A DNA stretch of 40,423 nt. Source: Planctomycetota bacterium. GTDB taxonomy: Bacteria; Planctomycetota; UBA1135. Under the pieces are notes generated by a model. It ran no database searches, was not told where the DNA came from, and worked only from the letters and a program-made list of their open reading frames with translations. This document shows, one piece after another, positions 26,904 through 36,631 of the stretch. Position 1 is the stretch's first letter; each line of letters begins with the position of its first letter. The position numbers were made by a program, and so were the translations under genes. The stretch lies in assembly GCA_045047305.1 (NCBI GenBank), contig JASFYO010000077.1, positions 1-40,423 on the forward strand. The letters run 5' to 3'.

Positions 26904-29345
26904 GTGTCGCGCTGGCTCTTCCTTTGGTTATGCATGCTGCTCCTGTTTGCGGGATGGTGGATGTTGGGAGCAGAGCAGGAAAGCAAGGCCTCCAGTTTGC
27001 AGGGGGGGGTCCTGGAGCAACCCATTGCTGTACCGGAACCGAGCTGGAGCAACCAGAAGTTGGGGGAAGCAAGGCAAAGTTCTTTGGAGCGTGTTGCCGC
27101 GGAGTTGAATGCAGATGTTGAGGAGAGCATTGGCTGGACCGGGCATCTCACATGGGACGATGGCACCCCTGCAGTTGGCCTGGTTATCCGTGCGCGTCAT
27201 CCCGATTCCGACTTGCCTCTTTGCCAGGCGAAAAGCGATGCGCATGGCAAATACCGTTTAGCGTTAGAGGGGCGTTTCTCTGGCTACAAAGAGTTCGAGG
27301 AGATTGATCTTAGTTGCGATGGGTATTACGCCAAGGTGCCAGAATGGCCTCGCGCACAGCCCGGATCGCCGTTTACTGTCATCGACATTGTTTTTGAACG
27401 CGGCACGCCTCTTGAAGTGAAAGCTGTGCATAAAGAGAGTGGTGCACCAGCTGTTGGGGTTTGGATCAATGCGAACTGCGAAACAGATTGGATGCACGAG
27501 GTCTGGGGTCAGACCGATGAATCCGGATTATTGCGCGTGTTTTTGCCGCACCTTGGGGCATGGGGGTTTATGGGTATCGAGCCTGGAATCGCGATGGCTC
27601 CAGAAGCCATTTTTTGGCTGAAACCGGGGGATCAAGGAGTGACTTTGAATCTTTGGGATTTGCCGCAGGCTTTGCATTTGGTAGCGCAAGATATCGAAAC
27701 GGGAGCGCCCATCCCGCAAGCAAGTTTCCACGGTGCACGGGTTCCAGACGATGTTCGGCAGTTACCCGAGCAAGCTTATGTAGAGCTACCCATCTCTTTA
27801 CCCGCAAAGGATGGAGTTTTAGAAATGACTTTGCCCAGTGCCGGACGGGTTTTTGTTCAAGTGAACGCCGAGGGTTATTTCTCAGAAGTCGCCGAGATCG
27901 TTTTGGCATCCGATTTGGAGTTTCAGGTTCCGTTAATCCCTCTGCAGGAATCACGTGTGGGGGTGACTCGCCATGGAGAACCAGTGGCTGCAAAAATGAT
28001 GATTGGCTTCAATCGACATACCTTGCTTTACCCATCCGGGCCGGAAAGCGACCTGCTTGCCTTGCGTCCTCAATGCGCTCCCGTTTTGCGTTTTGATTTA
28101 GCAGCAGAACGGGAGAACACGATTCAGTTGCCGGCGTCCTCCGCACTGAATTCACCGCACAGCTTTGACCTGTGGATCGAGAGTGGAGGGACCACCAAGT
28201 ATTTTGGTGTTGTCCATCGCGATGCCCTGCCCGCACAGCCTTGGATTTTCGAACTCGCACCTCAGCAAGGTAAAGTGGTGGTGCAAGTTCGTGATGCAGA
28301 GGGCCATCCGCAGACCGGAGTTAACGTGCAAATCCGCTATCAAATCGACCCGGAATCGCGTGACGCTGCATCCGCTTCCACGGATGGATTGATTAGCAAA
28401 ATCTATAGAACCGATGAAAATGGGGAGGTCCACGCTGACTTTGCAGCACCTAGTGCCGTGGTTGCAACAGTCAGCCAAGGGTGGAATGGAGTGACTGCAG
28501 AAGGTCGCTTGCAGCCTGAATCCGAGCTTGTCCTGAATATCCAAATGGAGAAACCCTTTGACCCGAATGCTGAGGAAGCTCTGCCAACGAGCGGGCGAGT
28601 TCAGTTTGAAGGCGCCTTGCCTGAGGGGCTTGCTTATGACGGGTTATCCATATCGATTCTCCCGGATAGTTTTTTTGGGGAATATATGATTTTCCTAAAT
28701 GAAAACGGCGAGTGGGCAGCGGACATGCCCGCCGGGACCTACACCGCAACTTTAGATGCCGACCCGAGCTCTCAAGCGAAGGGCCACAGTATTCGATTTG
28801 CTTCCGGCACAGACAACAATTTACTCCTGTTGCCATCGCCCAGTGGCTTGCTACTAAACATTCGTGAATTTGGCAGTGGCCAAACCCTCATGGCGGACGA
28901 TGTCGATTTATGGGTTGACGGTACATGGCTTACCTGGATGGAAGCCTATGCCGATGGTTCTGCCGGAAGCCAAATCCTGTTCGCAGACCGCGTGCAATAC
29001 GACGTCGAGAAGGAGGGATATATCCCTACCTTTGGCGTGGTCGATTTGCGCCCAGGAATTATTGTTGAAACAGAAGTCCTGCTGCGCCCAGCACGTACCT
29101 TGGTTTTTCAATATCCATCCGCGCAACAGGGCAGTGACATCTCCATGCTGTGGTTGGATCCACCCAACCGTAGTTTCTCATTCCCAATTGAGATTGCGGA
29201 TGGTCTGTGGACGAAAGCCACCACAGACACTTGCCGTTTGCAAGCCATCGATGACCAACAACGGCCTATCGGACCGCCCTTTTCGGTAGAGTCTGGTCTT
29301 GCGGAAAGGACCGTGATGGTGCCTCTTTTCCGAAATGAAGAATAG
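26904..29345 (+). CDS. Membrane-anchored protein with carboxypeptidase-regulatory-like (transthyretin-like) beta-sandwich repeats
   Basis: GTG 26904, N-terminal TM; repeated D..G.P..G..V and TD..G motifs (SDAHGKY, TDESG, TDENG), V.AEGY/VEKEGY. Confidence 0.65.
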   Translation: MSRWLFLWLCMLLLFAGWWMLGAEQESKASSLQGGVLEQPIAVPEPSWSNQKLGEARQSSLERVAAELNADVEESIGWTGHLTWDDGTPAVGLVIRARHPDSDLPLCQAKSDAHGKYRLALEGRFSGYKEFEEIDLSCDGYYAKVPEWPRAQPGSPFTVIDIVFERGTPLEVKAVHKESGAPAVGVWINANCETDWMHEVWGQTDESGLLRVFLPHLGAWGFMGIEPGIAMAPEAIFWLKPGDQGVTLNLWDLPQALHLVAQDIETGAPIPQASFHGARVPDDVRQLPEQAYVELPISLPAKDGVLEMTLPSAGRVFVQVNAEGYFSEVAEIVLASDLEFQVPLIPLQESRVGVTRHGEPVAAKMMIGFNRHTLLYPSGPESDLLALRPQCAPVLRFDLAAERENTIQLPASSALNSPHSFDLWIESGGTTKYFGVVHRDALPAQPWIFELAPQQGKVVVQVRDAEGHPQTGVNVQIRYQIDPESRDAASASTDGLISKIYRTDENGEVHADFAAPSAVVATVSQGWNGVTAEGRLQPESELVLNIQMEKPFDPNAEEALPTSGRVQFEGALPEGLAYDGLSISILPDSFFGEYMIFLNENGEWAADMPAGTYTATLDADPSSQAKGHSIRFASGTDNNLLLLPSPSGLLLNIREFGSGQTLMADDVDLWVDGTWLTWMEAYADGSAGSQILFADRVQYDVEKEGYIPTFGVVDLRPGIIVETEVLLRPARTLVFQYPSAQQGSDISMLWLDPPNRSFSFPIEIADGLWTKATTDTCRLQAIDDQQRPIGPPFSVESGLAERTVMVPLFRNEE

Positions 29346-31746
29346 CCCAACCACTCCACGGGCGCTTCGCATAAGCGGTGGTGGGATATCCATCGCATGC
29401 TTGGCTTTTCTAGCCTCAATGCTCGGTTTGTCTTTGCAGATGACTTTGCTACGAACGTTCTCCGTAGTGTTGTGGCATCATTTCGCAGCTCCACTTATTT
29501 CCTTTGCGTTGATTGGCGGAGCGATAGGCATGATGTCGGTAGCAAAGGATTGGGATTCTTCCACTGCCAAGACGCCTTTTCACTGGCGTTTGCTTGGGCT
29601 TGGATTGGCGCATCTTGGCCTGTGGGCATTTCTTGGGAATACCCGCTTTATGCCTTTCCGTGCTCTTTTGGAAGGGGATGTAGCTGCCATCTTGAATTTA
29701 CTATGCCTCTTGGTTTTGGTTCTCGCGAGTTTCTTTTTCGTCGGAGCCATAATCGGCCAGTGTATGCGCCAAAGTGGTGGTGCTTTGAGCAAAATCTATG
29801 CTTGTGATCTGTTCGGTGGTTTGGCTGGAATCGTTTGGTTTTTTTTCGTGGGCGGAAAGTGGGGACCTCTTTCTGTACTGCTTTTTCAGGCGAGCATGTG
29901 TTTCGTTGTTGCCTTTTTCTTGCGCCCAAGCCTGCATTGGAAGCATTTCATCGCAGGCGCGGCAATGGTTGTTCTTGTTTTCTGGGGGAGTCAAAGCGAC
30001 GGTTTGAAGTTTCCACAAGGGAAAACGTTATTCCAATCGGAGCAGTACATTGAGAAAACGGTTTGGGCTGCTGAAGGCCGCATCGATGTCTTGCAACCGA
30101 TTTATGGCATCTACCAGGGGATGGGTGGTGTCGCGCACACGAAGAGAAGTGAAGATTTCAATTATCGGTTGTTAGCACAAGATGGTGGCGCTCCTTCGGC
30201 GATTATTGGGTTGTCGAATCAGCAAGAGGGAAACCCTATCTGGGGGCGTTATCTTCAGGCGGCTCCCTTTATCATTGCCGATTCCGCAAAGGTATTGGTG
30301 ATTGGCGCGGGTGGTGGTTTAGAGGTCGTGTTGGCTGCCCACAGTAAGGCTCGCGAAATTGACGCTGTAGACCTTAATCATGGTCTGCAAGAAATGCTGA
30401 AAGAGGACTACGCCAGTTATCAAGACCATCTTTTTGATCGCAAAAACGTAAATCTTATCTGGAGTGAGGGGCGCCAATACCTACGCAAGACAGAAAGCAA
30501 ATACGATGTCATCCTACTTGCCGGCGTCGACACATTCCTTTCTAGTCCTGGCGGCGCCAATGCCCTAGCGGAACGTTATCTCTACACCGTCGAAGCGGTA
30601 GTCGATGCACTTCAAGCCTTGACGCTGGATGGAGTGTTTTCCATGACACGACGGATTTTTGAGCCAGCGAGCGAATCGCTTCGTTTTTTAACCACGGTGG
30701 TTGAGGTGCTTGAGGACAATCCACAAGCGGCGAGCCGTGATTGCGTCATTATGGTGGAAGGCCCAAAGCGGCCGGGGCAAGCAGTGTGGGCGAATTGTCT
30801 AGTGAAGCCGTCGGGTTTTTCTATGCTTGAAACTCAAGCTATAGAGGCTTGGGCGCGCACTTCTGATTTGAAGGTTTTGGCTAGCCCCGCAAGCATCCGT
30901 TCTAATATCTACGCCGAATATTTGAATGCATCGCCAGCGAAGCGCAAAGCCATGGTGCAAAATTATCCTCTCGACATTGCGCCCTGTACCGATGAGTTCC
31001 CATTCTTTTTTATGTGGGAGCGAAGAGATCAGATTTTCGGTGCACTTAGTCTGTGGCTTAGAGGGCGTGGGCTTCCTCAGGGGGAAGTGACCGAGCAAGA
31101 GTTTCCACTAGGTCTTTTATTATCTCTCTTGACCGGAGCCATCGTCGTTCTGATTGGAATCGCGCTTGGCCTTTGGAGTTGGATGCAATCCAAGAAAAGG
31201 GCTCATCGGGTTTCCGTACTCGGTGTTCTGTTCTTTACTTGTACCGGCGGCGCATTTTTGTTCGCCGAAATTTCGCTCTTCCATCTTGCTGAATACTTGA
31301 CGGGGATCGCCTCCTACTCTTTCGCGGCGGCTGTGGGAGGTCTGTTGCTTGGAGGGGGAATAGGAGCATTCAGCCTGAAGTGGGCACGGATCCGATGCTT
31401 TTGCGCAAGCATTCTTTCCTTAGGACTCTACGTTTTGTGGCAAAGCCAGCCACAAGTGGAGTCATTAAGTACCAGTCTTATCCTGGTTTCATGCATCTCT
31501 ATCGCGCTTGGAGTTTGCTTGGGTTCTCTTTATCCCCTTGGAGTCCAACGCTTCGCCGGCCCACATGCTTGCGGGCAAAAGTCTTTTTACTTGGGCGTAT
31601 CTAGCTGGGCATCGGTCCTATGCGCAAGTCTTTCGAGCTTCCTAGTGTGGTACTGGGGGATGAGTTCGATAGGCCTTCTAGCGGCCGGACTATTTCTAGG
31701 AGCCGGTTTGCTTTGTTTGGGTAAAGGCGCCATGCCCGCTAAATAA
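29335..31746 (+). CDS. Polytopic membrane protein with central spermidine-synthase-like SAM-binding domain
   Basis: N- and C-terminal TM bundles (Y..DL.G); VLVIGAGGG, IDAVDLN, EGRQYL, YDVI, YLYTVEA, TDEFPFFF. Confidence 0.78.
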   Translation: MKNSPTTPRALRISGGGISIACLAFLASMLGLSLQMTLLRTFSVVLWHHFAAPLISFALIGGAIGMMSVAKDWDSSTAKTPFHWRLLGLGLAHLGLWAFLGNTRFMPFRALLEGDVAAILNLLCLLVLVLASFFFVGAIIGQCMRQSGGALSKIYACDLFGGLAGIVWFFFVGGKWGPLSVLLFQASMCFVVAFFLRPSLHWKHFIAGAAMVVLVFWGSQSDGLKFPQGKTLFQSEQYIEKTVWAAEGRIDVLQPIYGIYQGMGGVAHTKRSEDFNYRLLAQDGGAPSAIIGLSNQQEGNPIWGRYLQAAPFIIADSAKVLVIGAGGGLEVVLAAHSKAREIDAVDLNHGLQEMLKEDYASYQDHLFDRKNVNLIWSEGRQYLRKTESKYDVILLAGVDTFLSSPGGANALAERYLYTVEAVVDALQALTLDGVFSMTRRIFEPASESLRFLTTVVEVLEDNPQAASRDCVIMVEGPKRPGQAVWANCLVKPSGFSMLETQAIEAWARTSDLKVLASPASIRSNIYAEYLNASPAKRKAMVQNYPLDIAPCTDEFPFFFMWERRDQIFGALSLWLRGRGLPQGEVTEQEFPLGLLLSLLTGAIVVLIGIALGLWSWMQSKKRAHRVSVLGVLFFTCTGGAFLFAEISLFHLAEYLTGIASYSFAAAVGGLLLGGGIGAFSLKWARIRCFCASILSLGLYVLWQSQPQVESLSTSLILVSCISIALGVCLGSLYPLGVQRFAGPHACGQKSFYLGVSSWASVLCASLSSFLVWYWGMSSIGLLAAGLFLGAGLLCLGKGAMPAK

Positions 31747-32103
31747 AGACGGCTCGTCATAGGGGCGAGCTAGTCAGAATCGGTTGTAAAACACCCCCTA
31801 CCACAGAAGCGATAGGAGGCTGGAACATTCATTTTGCTTGGAAACACAGCAACAATGACTTGCCACTGCGTCCCTCACTTCCATCTTTTTATTTTACGTT
31901 TGGGCGGATAGCTTCCCTCATCCGACGAATCGGAACTACCTTAGCGATTTACATCACCGCGGTTGCGCGGCCTTGAAGCGGGCCACTCTTATTACGACAT
32001 TTAGAAAGAACTCTTCGAATCATACACTATTTTTGCCAAGTCGAGGCCCCAAGCACCTTCTTGGCGCATGCAGCCCAGGAGCCTGAACGGAGGAAGGCTT
32101 TCT

Positions 32104-33252
32104 TTAACCCACTGATTCTGAAGCGCATAACCCATCCCGGAAGCGCTGAAACAGGTGTTCAGGATCATGCGGGCCAGGAGCACCTTCGGGGTGGTATTGC
32201 ACCGAGAACACATTCTTTTCTGCGTGCTTCAATCCAGCAACCGTTTGGTCATTGCCATTGCAATGGGTTACTTCCAATCCAGTACCCTGCAGGCTATCAG
32301 GGTCTACCGCAAATCCGTGGTTCTGTGAACTAATGTCAATGCGGCCGCCTGAAGTTTCCACTACTGGGTGATTGGCGCCGTGGTGCCCAAACTTCATCTT
32401 GAAGGTGCGCCCACCAAGAGCTAGTGCAAGGATCTGATGGCCAAGGCAAATACCGAAGACCGGCATGTCTGCAGCGACGATTTGCTTTACCGCTTCAATC
32501 GCAGAAGTGACAGCAGCTGGATCGCCAGGGCCATTACTTAAAAACACGGCGCTTGGATTCATCGCTAACACATCTTGAGCGCTAGTGTTTGCAGGAACCA
32601 CGGTGGGCGCAAAGCCGCAGCTGACTAAGTTGCGCAAGATGTTGCGCTTGATGCCAAAGTCATAACACACCAAAGGAATTGCATCTTGGTGCAGGGAAGT
32701 CGGTTCCCAGCTGACGGAATCCGGCAAGCCTTCCGTCCAAGGGTAAGGCGCGGTGCAACTCACTTCCGCTGTAAGGTCGCGATTATCCAAGGTTGGATGC
32801 GCTTTCACGAGAGCAAGTAGTGCATCGACGTCGTCTGTTTCCGTGCTCAAAATCGCACGTTGCGCGCCTTTGGTACGCAGCAGCAAAGTCAGTTCGCGTG
32901 TATCCACGCCTTCCATTGCCATGACCTTGTTTGCAACCAAGTATTCCTGCAGGCTTTGTTCTGCGGTCCAACTCGAAGTACAACGCGTGAGCTCGCGCAT
33001 AATCATGGCGCTAGCCCAACAACGATTGGATTCATCAGCCGCGGCTTGGCATCCATAGTTACCGATTTGCGGATAAGTCATCACAATCGCTTGGCCCTGA
33101 TAGGACGGATCGGTAATGATTTCCTGGTAGCCCGTCATGCCAGTGTGAAACACTAACTCAAAGGCTCGTTGGCCTTCCATGCCGACGCTGTGGCCACGAA
33201 AAACGGAGCCATCTTCAAGAACGAGAATTGCCGGTCGTGGTGAGTCACCCAT
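32104..33252 (-). CDS. carA: Carbamoyl-phosphate synthase small subunit
   Basis: LVLEDG, TGMTGYQE.ITDPSY.GQ, DFGIKRNILR, LSNGPGDP, GICLGHQ, FGHHG.NHPV, SQNHGF, QYHPE. Confidence 0.97.
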   Translation of the reverse strand: MGDSPRPAILVLEDGSVFRGHSVGMEGQRAFELVFHTGMTGYQEIITDPSYQGQAIVMTYPQIGNYGCQAAADESNRCWASAMIMRELTRCTSSWTAEQSLQEYLVANKVMAMEGVDTRELTLLLRTKGAQRAILSTETDDVDALLALVKAHPTLDNRDLTAEVSCTAPYPWTEGLPDSVSWEPTSLHQDAIPLVCYDFGIKRNILRNLVSCGFAPTVVPANTSAQDVLAMNPSAVFLSNGPGDPAAVTSAIEAVKQIVAADMPVFGICLGHQILALALGGRTFKMKFGHHGANHPVVETSGGRIDISSQNHGFAVDPDSLQGTGLEVTHCNGNDQTVAGLKHAEKNVFSVQYHPEGAPGPHDPEHLFQRFRDGLCASESVG

Positions 33253-33261
33253 TGCGGGGCA

Positions 33262-34398
33262 TTATCGCCCCACCAGGTACTTTCGCCAAGCCTCACTCTG
33301 AGTCTCTAGCGTTTCTCCATCCGGCCCCGAAAAATCAGGCCGTGGATTCTTGTCTCGCTTCAGCTTTCGCCTGTTGGTTTCGACCTTTTTGCCACCGGAA
33401 CCCGGGGTGATCACACGCTCCAGCACGTCGGCCATGACTGCTTTTTGCTGGGTGGTCGCTACAGCACCATCCTCAAGGGAGGAGCCCTCAGTGACGGCGA
33501 TGCCTGAACCGGTCAGTGAAATTCCAGCCGGAGGTGCGCACTGGTAGCCGCTCGCGCCTGCACTGCCTGCTCCTAGGTAAGAGGCACGCAGGAGTTCCGC
33601 GATTTCGGCAAGGATATCGGGGTAGTAGCGCCCCAGTTCTCCCAGTAGGAAGGAGGCTCGACGCTGCGTTTCTAGCTCCCGACTATCGATGAGTGCGAAG
33701 GCCCAGCGGTAAAGGCCACCTTTGGTGTCTAATGCGAGTAGCTGGGTGCCGCTAGTTTTGAAAACCCAAATGTCCTGGTCGGTCATGCTGGTCTCAAGCA
33801 GGAATTCGGCCAATCCTTCCTCGTTCATCAAGACCGCAAGGTTCACTGCAGCCCAGCGCAATCCTGGGTCCTGGTGGTCCATCACCTTGATGACATCTTT
33901 CATCGCCAGGTGCCGCCAGTAGCCAACTCCAGTTTTTTCACTTTCGCTGAGCATTGCGCCGTAAATCAGGGCGCGTTGGCAGCCTTCTGCGGCAAGTAAA
34001 CGTACCCATAATTCTTCCGCGCGCTTGCTCTCTGGAAATCCTGGTGGGAGAGGATCGATACGCGCGCCCCAGGGCATGATGGCAGCAAATAATTGTTCGC
34101 GATTGAAGCGGTCGAGGCGTTCCTTCATCAAACGATCGAAGAGACCGCGTTCTCCAAGGCGTTGGACCCAAGTGTTGTAATCTAAATCGCGCAATGGTTC
34201 TAGTAGAGCGATTTCTTCGGCGCTGTTGCTGAGCGCAGTTACGCGTTGTCCTTCTGTGCGCAGCACTCCAAGCGAAGTGCGCACCATATAGGAGCCAACT
34301 TCGACATCATTCAAAACCTGAACGCGCGTGCCATCGTCAAGGCAAGCAAGTGGCTGCTGAAAGAGGGGGGCCGCAAGTAGAAGGATTGCGTGAATCAT
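33262..34398 (-). CDS. Exported HEAT-repeat-like hypothetical protein, paralog 4 of 4 in transcription order
   Basis: Short hydrophobic leader; LDDGTRVQ, PLRDLDY..W..RL.ERGL, WG.RIDPLP; helical repeats (DPGLRWAA). Confidence 0.75.
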   Translation of the reverse strand: MIHAILLLAAPLFQQPLACLDDGTRVQVLNDVEVGSYMVRTSLGVLRTEGQRVTALSNSAEEIALLEPLRDLDYNTWVQRLGERGLFDRLMKERLDRFNREQLFAAIMPWGARIDPLPPGFPESKRAEELWVRLLAAEGCQRALIYGAMLSESEKTGVGYWRHLAMKDVIKVMDHQDPGLRWAAVNLAVLMNEEGLAEFLLETSMTDQDIWVFKTSGTQLLALDTKGGLYRWAFALIDSRELETQRRASFLLGELGRYYPDILAEIAELLRASYLGAGSAGASGYQCAPPAGISLTGSGIAVTEGSSLEDGAVATTQQKAVMADVLERVITPGSGGKKVETNRRKLKRDKNPRPDFSGPDGETLETQSEAWRKYLVGR

Positions 34399-35528
34399 TT
34401 GTTTCGTCCCAATAGGTAGGTGCGCCAGGCTTTGCCCGCATCGGTTTCATCGTCCGCATCGATAGGTTGACCATCCGCATCGGTACGTGGGGGAATGCTG
34501 GCTTTCCCGCCGAGTGTGACTACGTTCTGTAAAACCCTGGATACGGTGCGCATTTGGGTTTTGGATGGTGTGCGAACTTCGAGCACGGATCCTTCGGTGA
34601 CCGATCGCCCAGGGGCATAGCCCGGCGTGATGGCGGCAGCAGGAGTCGATGGCGTATCACACCCGTTTCCATTTCCGCTACTGCGGCCGGAGAGCCCACC
34701 GGCAAGGTAATAATTACCGGTAACAATGAGTTCTGCGAGTTCACCGGCGATTTTGGGATAGGCGCTGCCAAGTTCCCCAAGCATGAGCGCCGCGCGGTCC
34801 TGCATAGACTCGCTTTTTGCCGTGACAAGTTCATAAGCCCAGCGATGCAGCGCGCCACGCGGGTCGGTTTGAATGAGTGAGGTGGCGCTGGTGAAGGCAA
34901 CCCAATCATCTTCGTCTTCTAAGCTAGCGTCGAGTAGAAGGATTTCCATTGCCGACTCCAATTGGATTCCGGCGACGCGTGCAGCAGCCCAGCGTAGGGT
35001 GACATCTTTGGATTTTGCTGCTTTACGCCATGAACTTAGGCTAATCCTGCGTTTACGGCTATCCGTACTGCGCGAGATTTCATGTTCCAATGCACCAAGC
35101 AAGAGCGCGCGTTGTCCATCTTCGGCGTCGAGCATTTGCTGCCAAAGCTTGTCGACACGTAAATCGCGTTTGGTTTTACGTGGAAGTGGGTCTAGGCGGT
35201 TTCCCCAACGCGCGAGGGCGTCGTAGATGAGGGCGCGGTTGCTGTCTTGGATGGGTTCCTGCAGTAGACGGTCAATCAAACCGCGTTCCTCTAAGCGGTG
35301 CACCCAAGAGGCGTAATCCAAATCACGCAAAGGAGCTAGCAGGGTGATTTCATCTGCGCTGTCGAGCAATGCGACAACCTTCTGGCCGGCACTGCGGAAT
35401 TGGCCGTGAGGCGTGATCACGTGGAAGGAATCCACTTGAACTTCAGGCAACACCTGGAGCCGGGTGCCGTCGTCGAGCACTGCAACGGGTTGTTGTAGTA
35501 GGAGTCCGAAGAGGAGGGAGCTCAGCAT
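34395..35528 (-). CDS. Exported HEAT-repeat-like hypothetical protein, paralog 3 of 4
   Basis: ATG 35528, 2 nt after the upstream stop; same motifs; DVTLRWAAARVA; ATGA overlap with next gene. Confidence 0.75.
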   Translation of the reverse strand: MLSSLLFGLLLQQPVAVLDDGTRLQVLPEVQVDSFHVITPHGQFRSAGQKVVALLDSADEITLLAPLRDLDYASWVHRLEERGLIDRLLQEPIQDSNRALIYDALARWGNRLDPLPRKTKRDLRVDKLWQQMLDAEDGQRALLLGALEHEISRSTDSRKRRISLSSWRKAAKSKDVTLRWAAARVAGIQLESAMEILLLDASLEDEDDWVAFTSATSLIQTDPRGALHRWAYELVTAKSESMQDRAALMLGELGSAYPKIAGELAELIVTGNYYLAGGLSGRSSGNGNGCDTPSTPAAAITPGYAPGRSVTEGSVLEVRTPSKTQMRTVSRVLQNVVTLGGKASIPPRTDADGQPIDADDETDAGKAWRTYLLGRNK

Positions 35529-35530
35529 GG

Positions 35531-36613
35531 TTACTTGGTGGGGTAAGTGTTTTCGTACCAGCGCATCCAATCGGCGCGCGTGTTGCCCGGGTTGACCCCG
35601 GTGATCTGCCGAAGGTTACGTCGGATTGCTTGGCTGACCACGACCGAAACAACGCGAACTTCCAGCATAGTTCCATCGACTAAAACCGAAATGCGAGGAT
35701 CTGCAATGACAGCTGAATTCGCTACTTCGACGTCGAAGTCGGTGACGGCTGTGATTTGGCGTCCAATGAAAATATTGCTGCGAGGAGCGACCGCATTGCT
35801 TTCGCCGCCCATGGCAAGAATTAGAGCACGCACGACATCCTGCTCCTTGGATCCATAACGTGCAAGGTTGTCCGCCGCTAAAACACGTTCTGCATCTTTG
35901 CCATTACGCCACAGTGCGACCGTCCAACGACCCAAACTTTCTTGTGGTTGCATGGAGTAAATCGCATCGGAAGCAGCACGACGCACGCCCATATCCTTAT
36001 CTTCTAAACTTGAATCCACCAGGCGGTGCATCAAACTGAACTCCACCTGACGCTCTGCCAAACGTGCTGCAGCCCGACGCAGTTCCGGATCCTTCGACTT
36101 CAATGCCTTGCTCATTGCCGATAATCCCACGCGACGTTTATGGGCAGAACTGGAATCGCTGACTTCGCGCATGAGTGCTCCTGTTAAAAGAAGCTGCTCG
36201 TCATCCGACTTGGTCTTTTGCATGCGCTCCCACAAAGTTTCAACTCGCTGGTCGTGATCGAGCTTCAGCGGCAAAGGATCCAAGCGCTTCCCCCAATCTT
36301 CCACCAACTGCTGATAAAGGGCGCGGTGTTGTTTGGGGATTTCCTGGCTCATCAAGGTGCTCAGGAGGCCACGCTCAGCAATCCGTTGCAGCCACAAACC
36401 ATAATCCATGGTTTTCAACGGCGCGAGTAAACGCAGGTCTTCTTCGCCGTCTGCCATCGATGCGACGGGATCTAAACTGGCATCGAAGCGTCCAAATGGT
36501 GTGTTTAGGTTGCGTTGCCCAATGCGAACAGAGCCCTGGGTTTCCACGCGAGTACCAGAATCGAGAACCGCGATGGGATGCTGTGAGCTCAGCAGAAGTA
36601 AGGCAAGGAGCAT
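35531..36613 (-). CDS. Exported HEAT-repeat protein with secretin-like segment, paralog 2 of 4
   Basis: Same motifs; clear HEAT units (LKSKDPELRRAAA, SLEDKDMGVRRAAS); DFDVEVANSAVIADP segment; C-terminal LRQITG..G...W..W. Confidence 0.8.
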   Translation of the reverse strand: MLLALLLLSSQHPIAVLDSGTRVETQGSVRIGQRNLNTPFGRFDASLDPVASMADGEEDLRLLAPLKTMDYGLWLQRIAERGLLSTLMSQEIPKQHRALYQQLVEDWGKRLDPLPLKLDHDQRVETLWERMQKTKSDDEQLLLTGALMREVSDSSSAHKRRVGLSAMSKALKSKDPELRRAAARLAERQVEFSLMHRLVDSSLEDKDMGVRRAASDAIYSMQPQESLGRWTVALWRNGKDAERVLAADNLARYGSKEQDVVRALILAMGGESNAVAPRSNIFIGRQITAVTDFDVEVANSAVIADPRISVLVDGTMLEVRVVSVVVSQAIRRNLRQITGVNPGNTRADWMRWYENTYPTK

Positions 36614-36631
36614 GACGTAAAAGGCTAGGTG

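Noticed and set aside
26790..32103. Possible second repeat-flanked island
   Set aside because: No flanking direct or inverted repeats found by eye and no mobility gene
35529..35570. 14-aa extension of HEAT paralog 3
   Set aside because: Overlaps the upstream gene; alignment with paralogs gives ATG 35528
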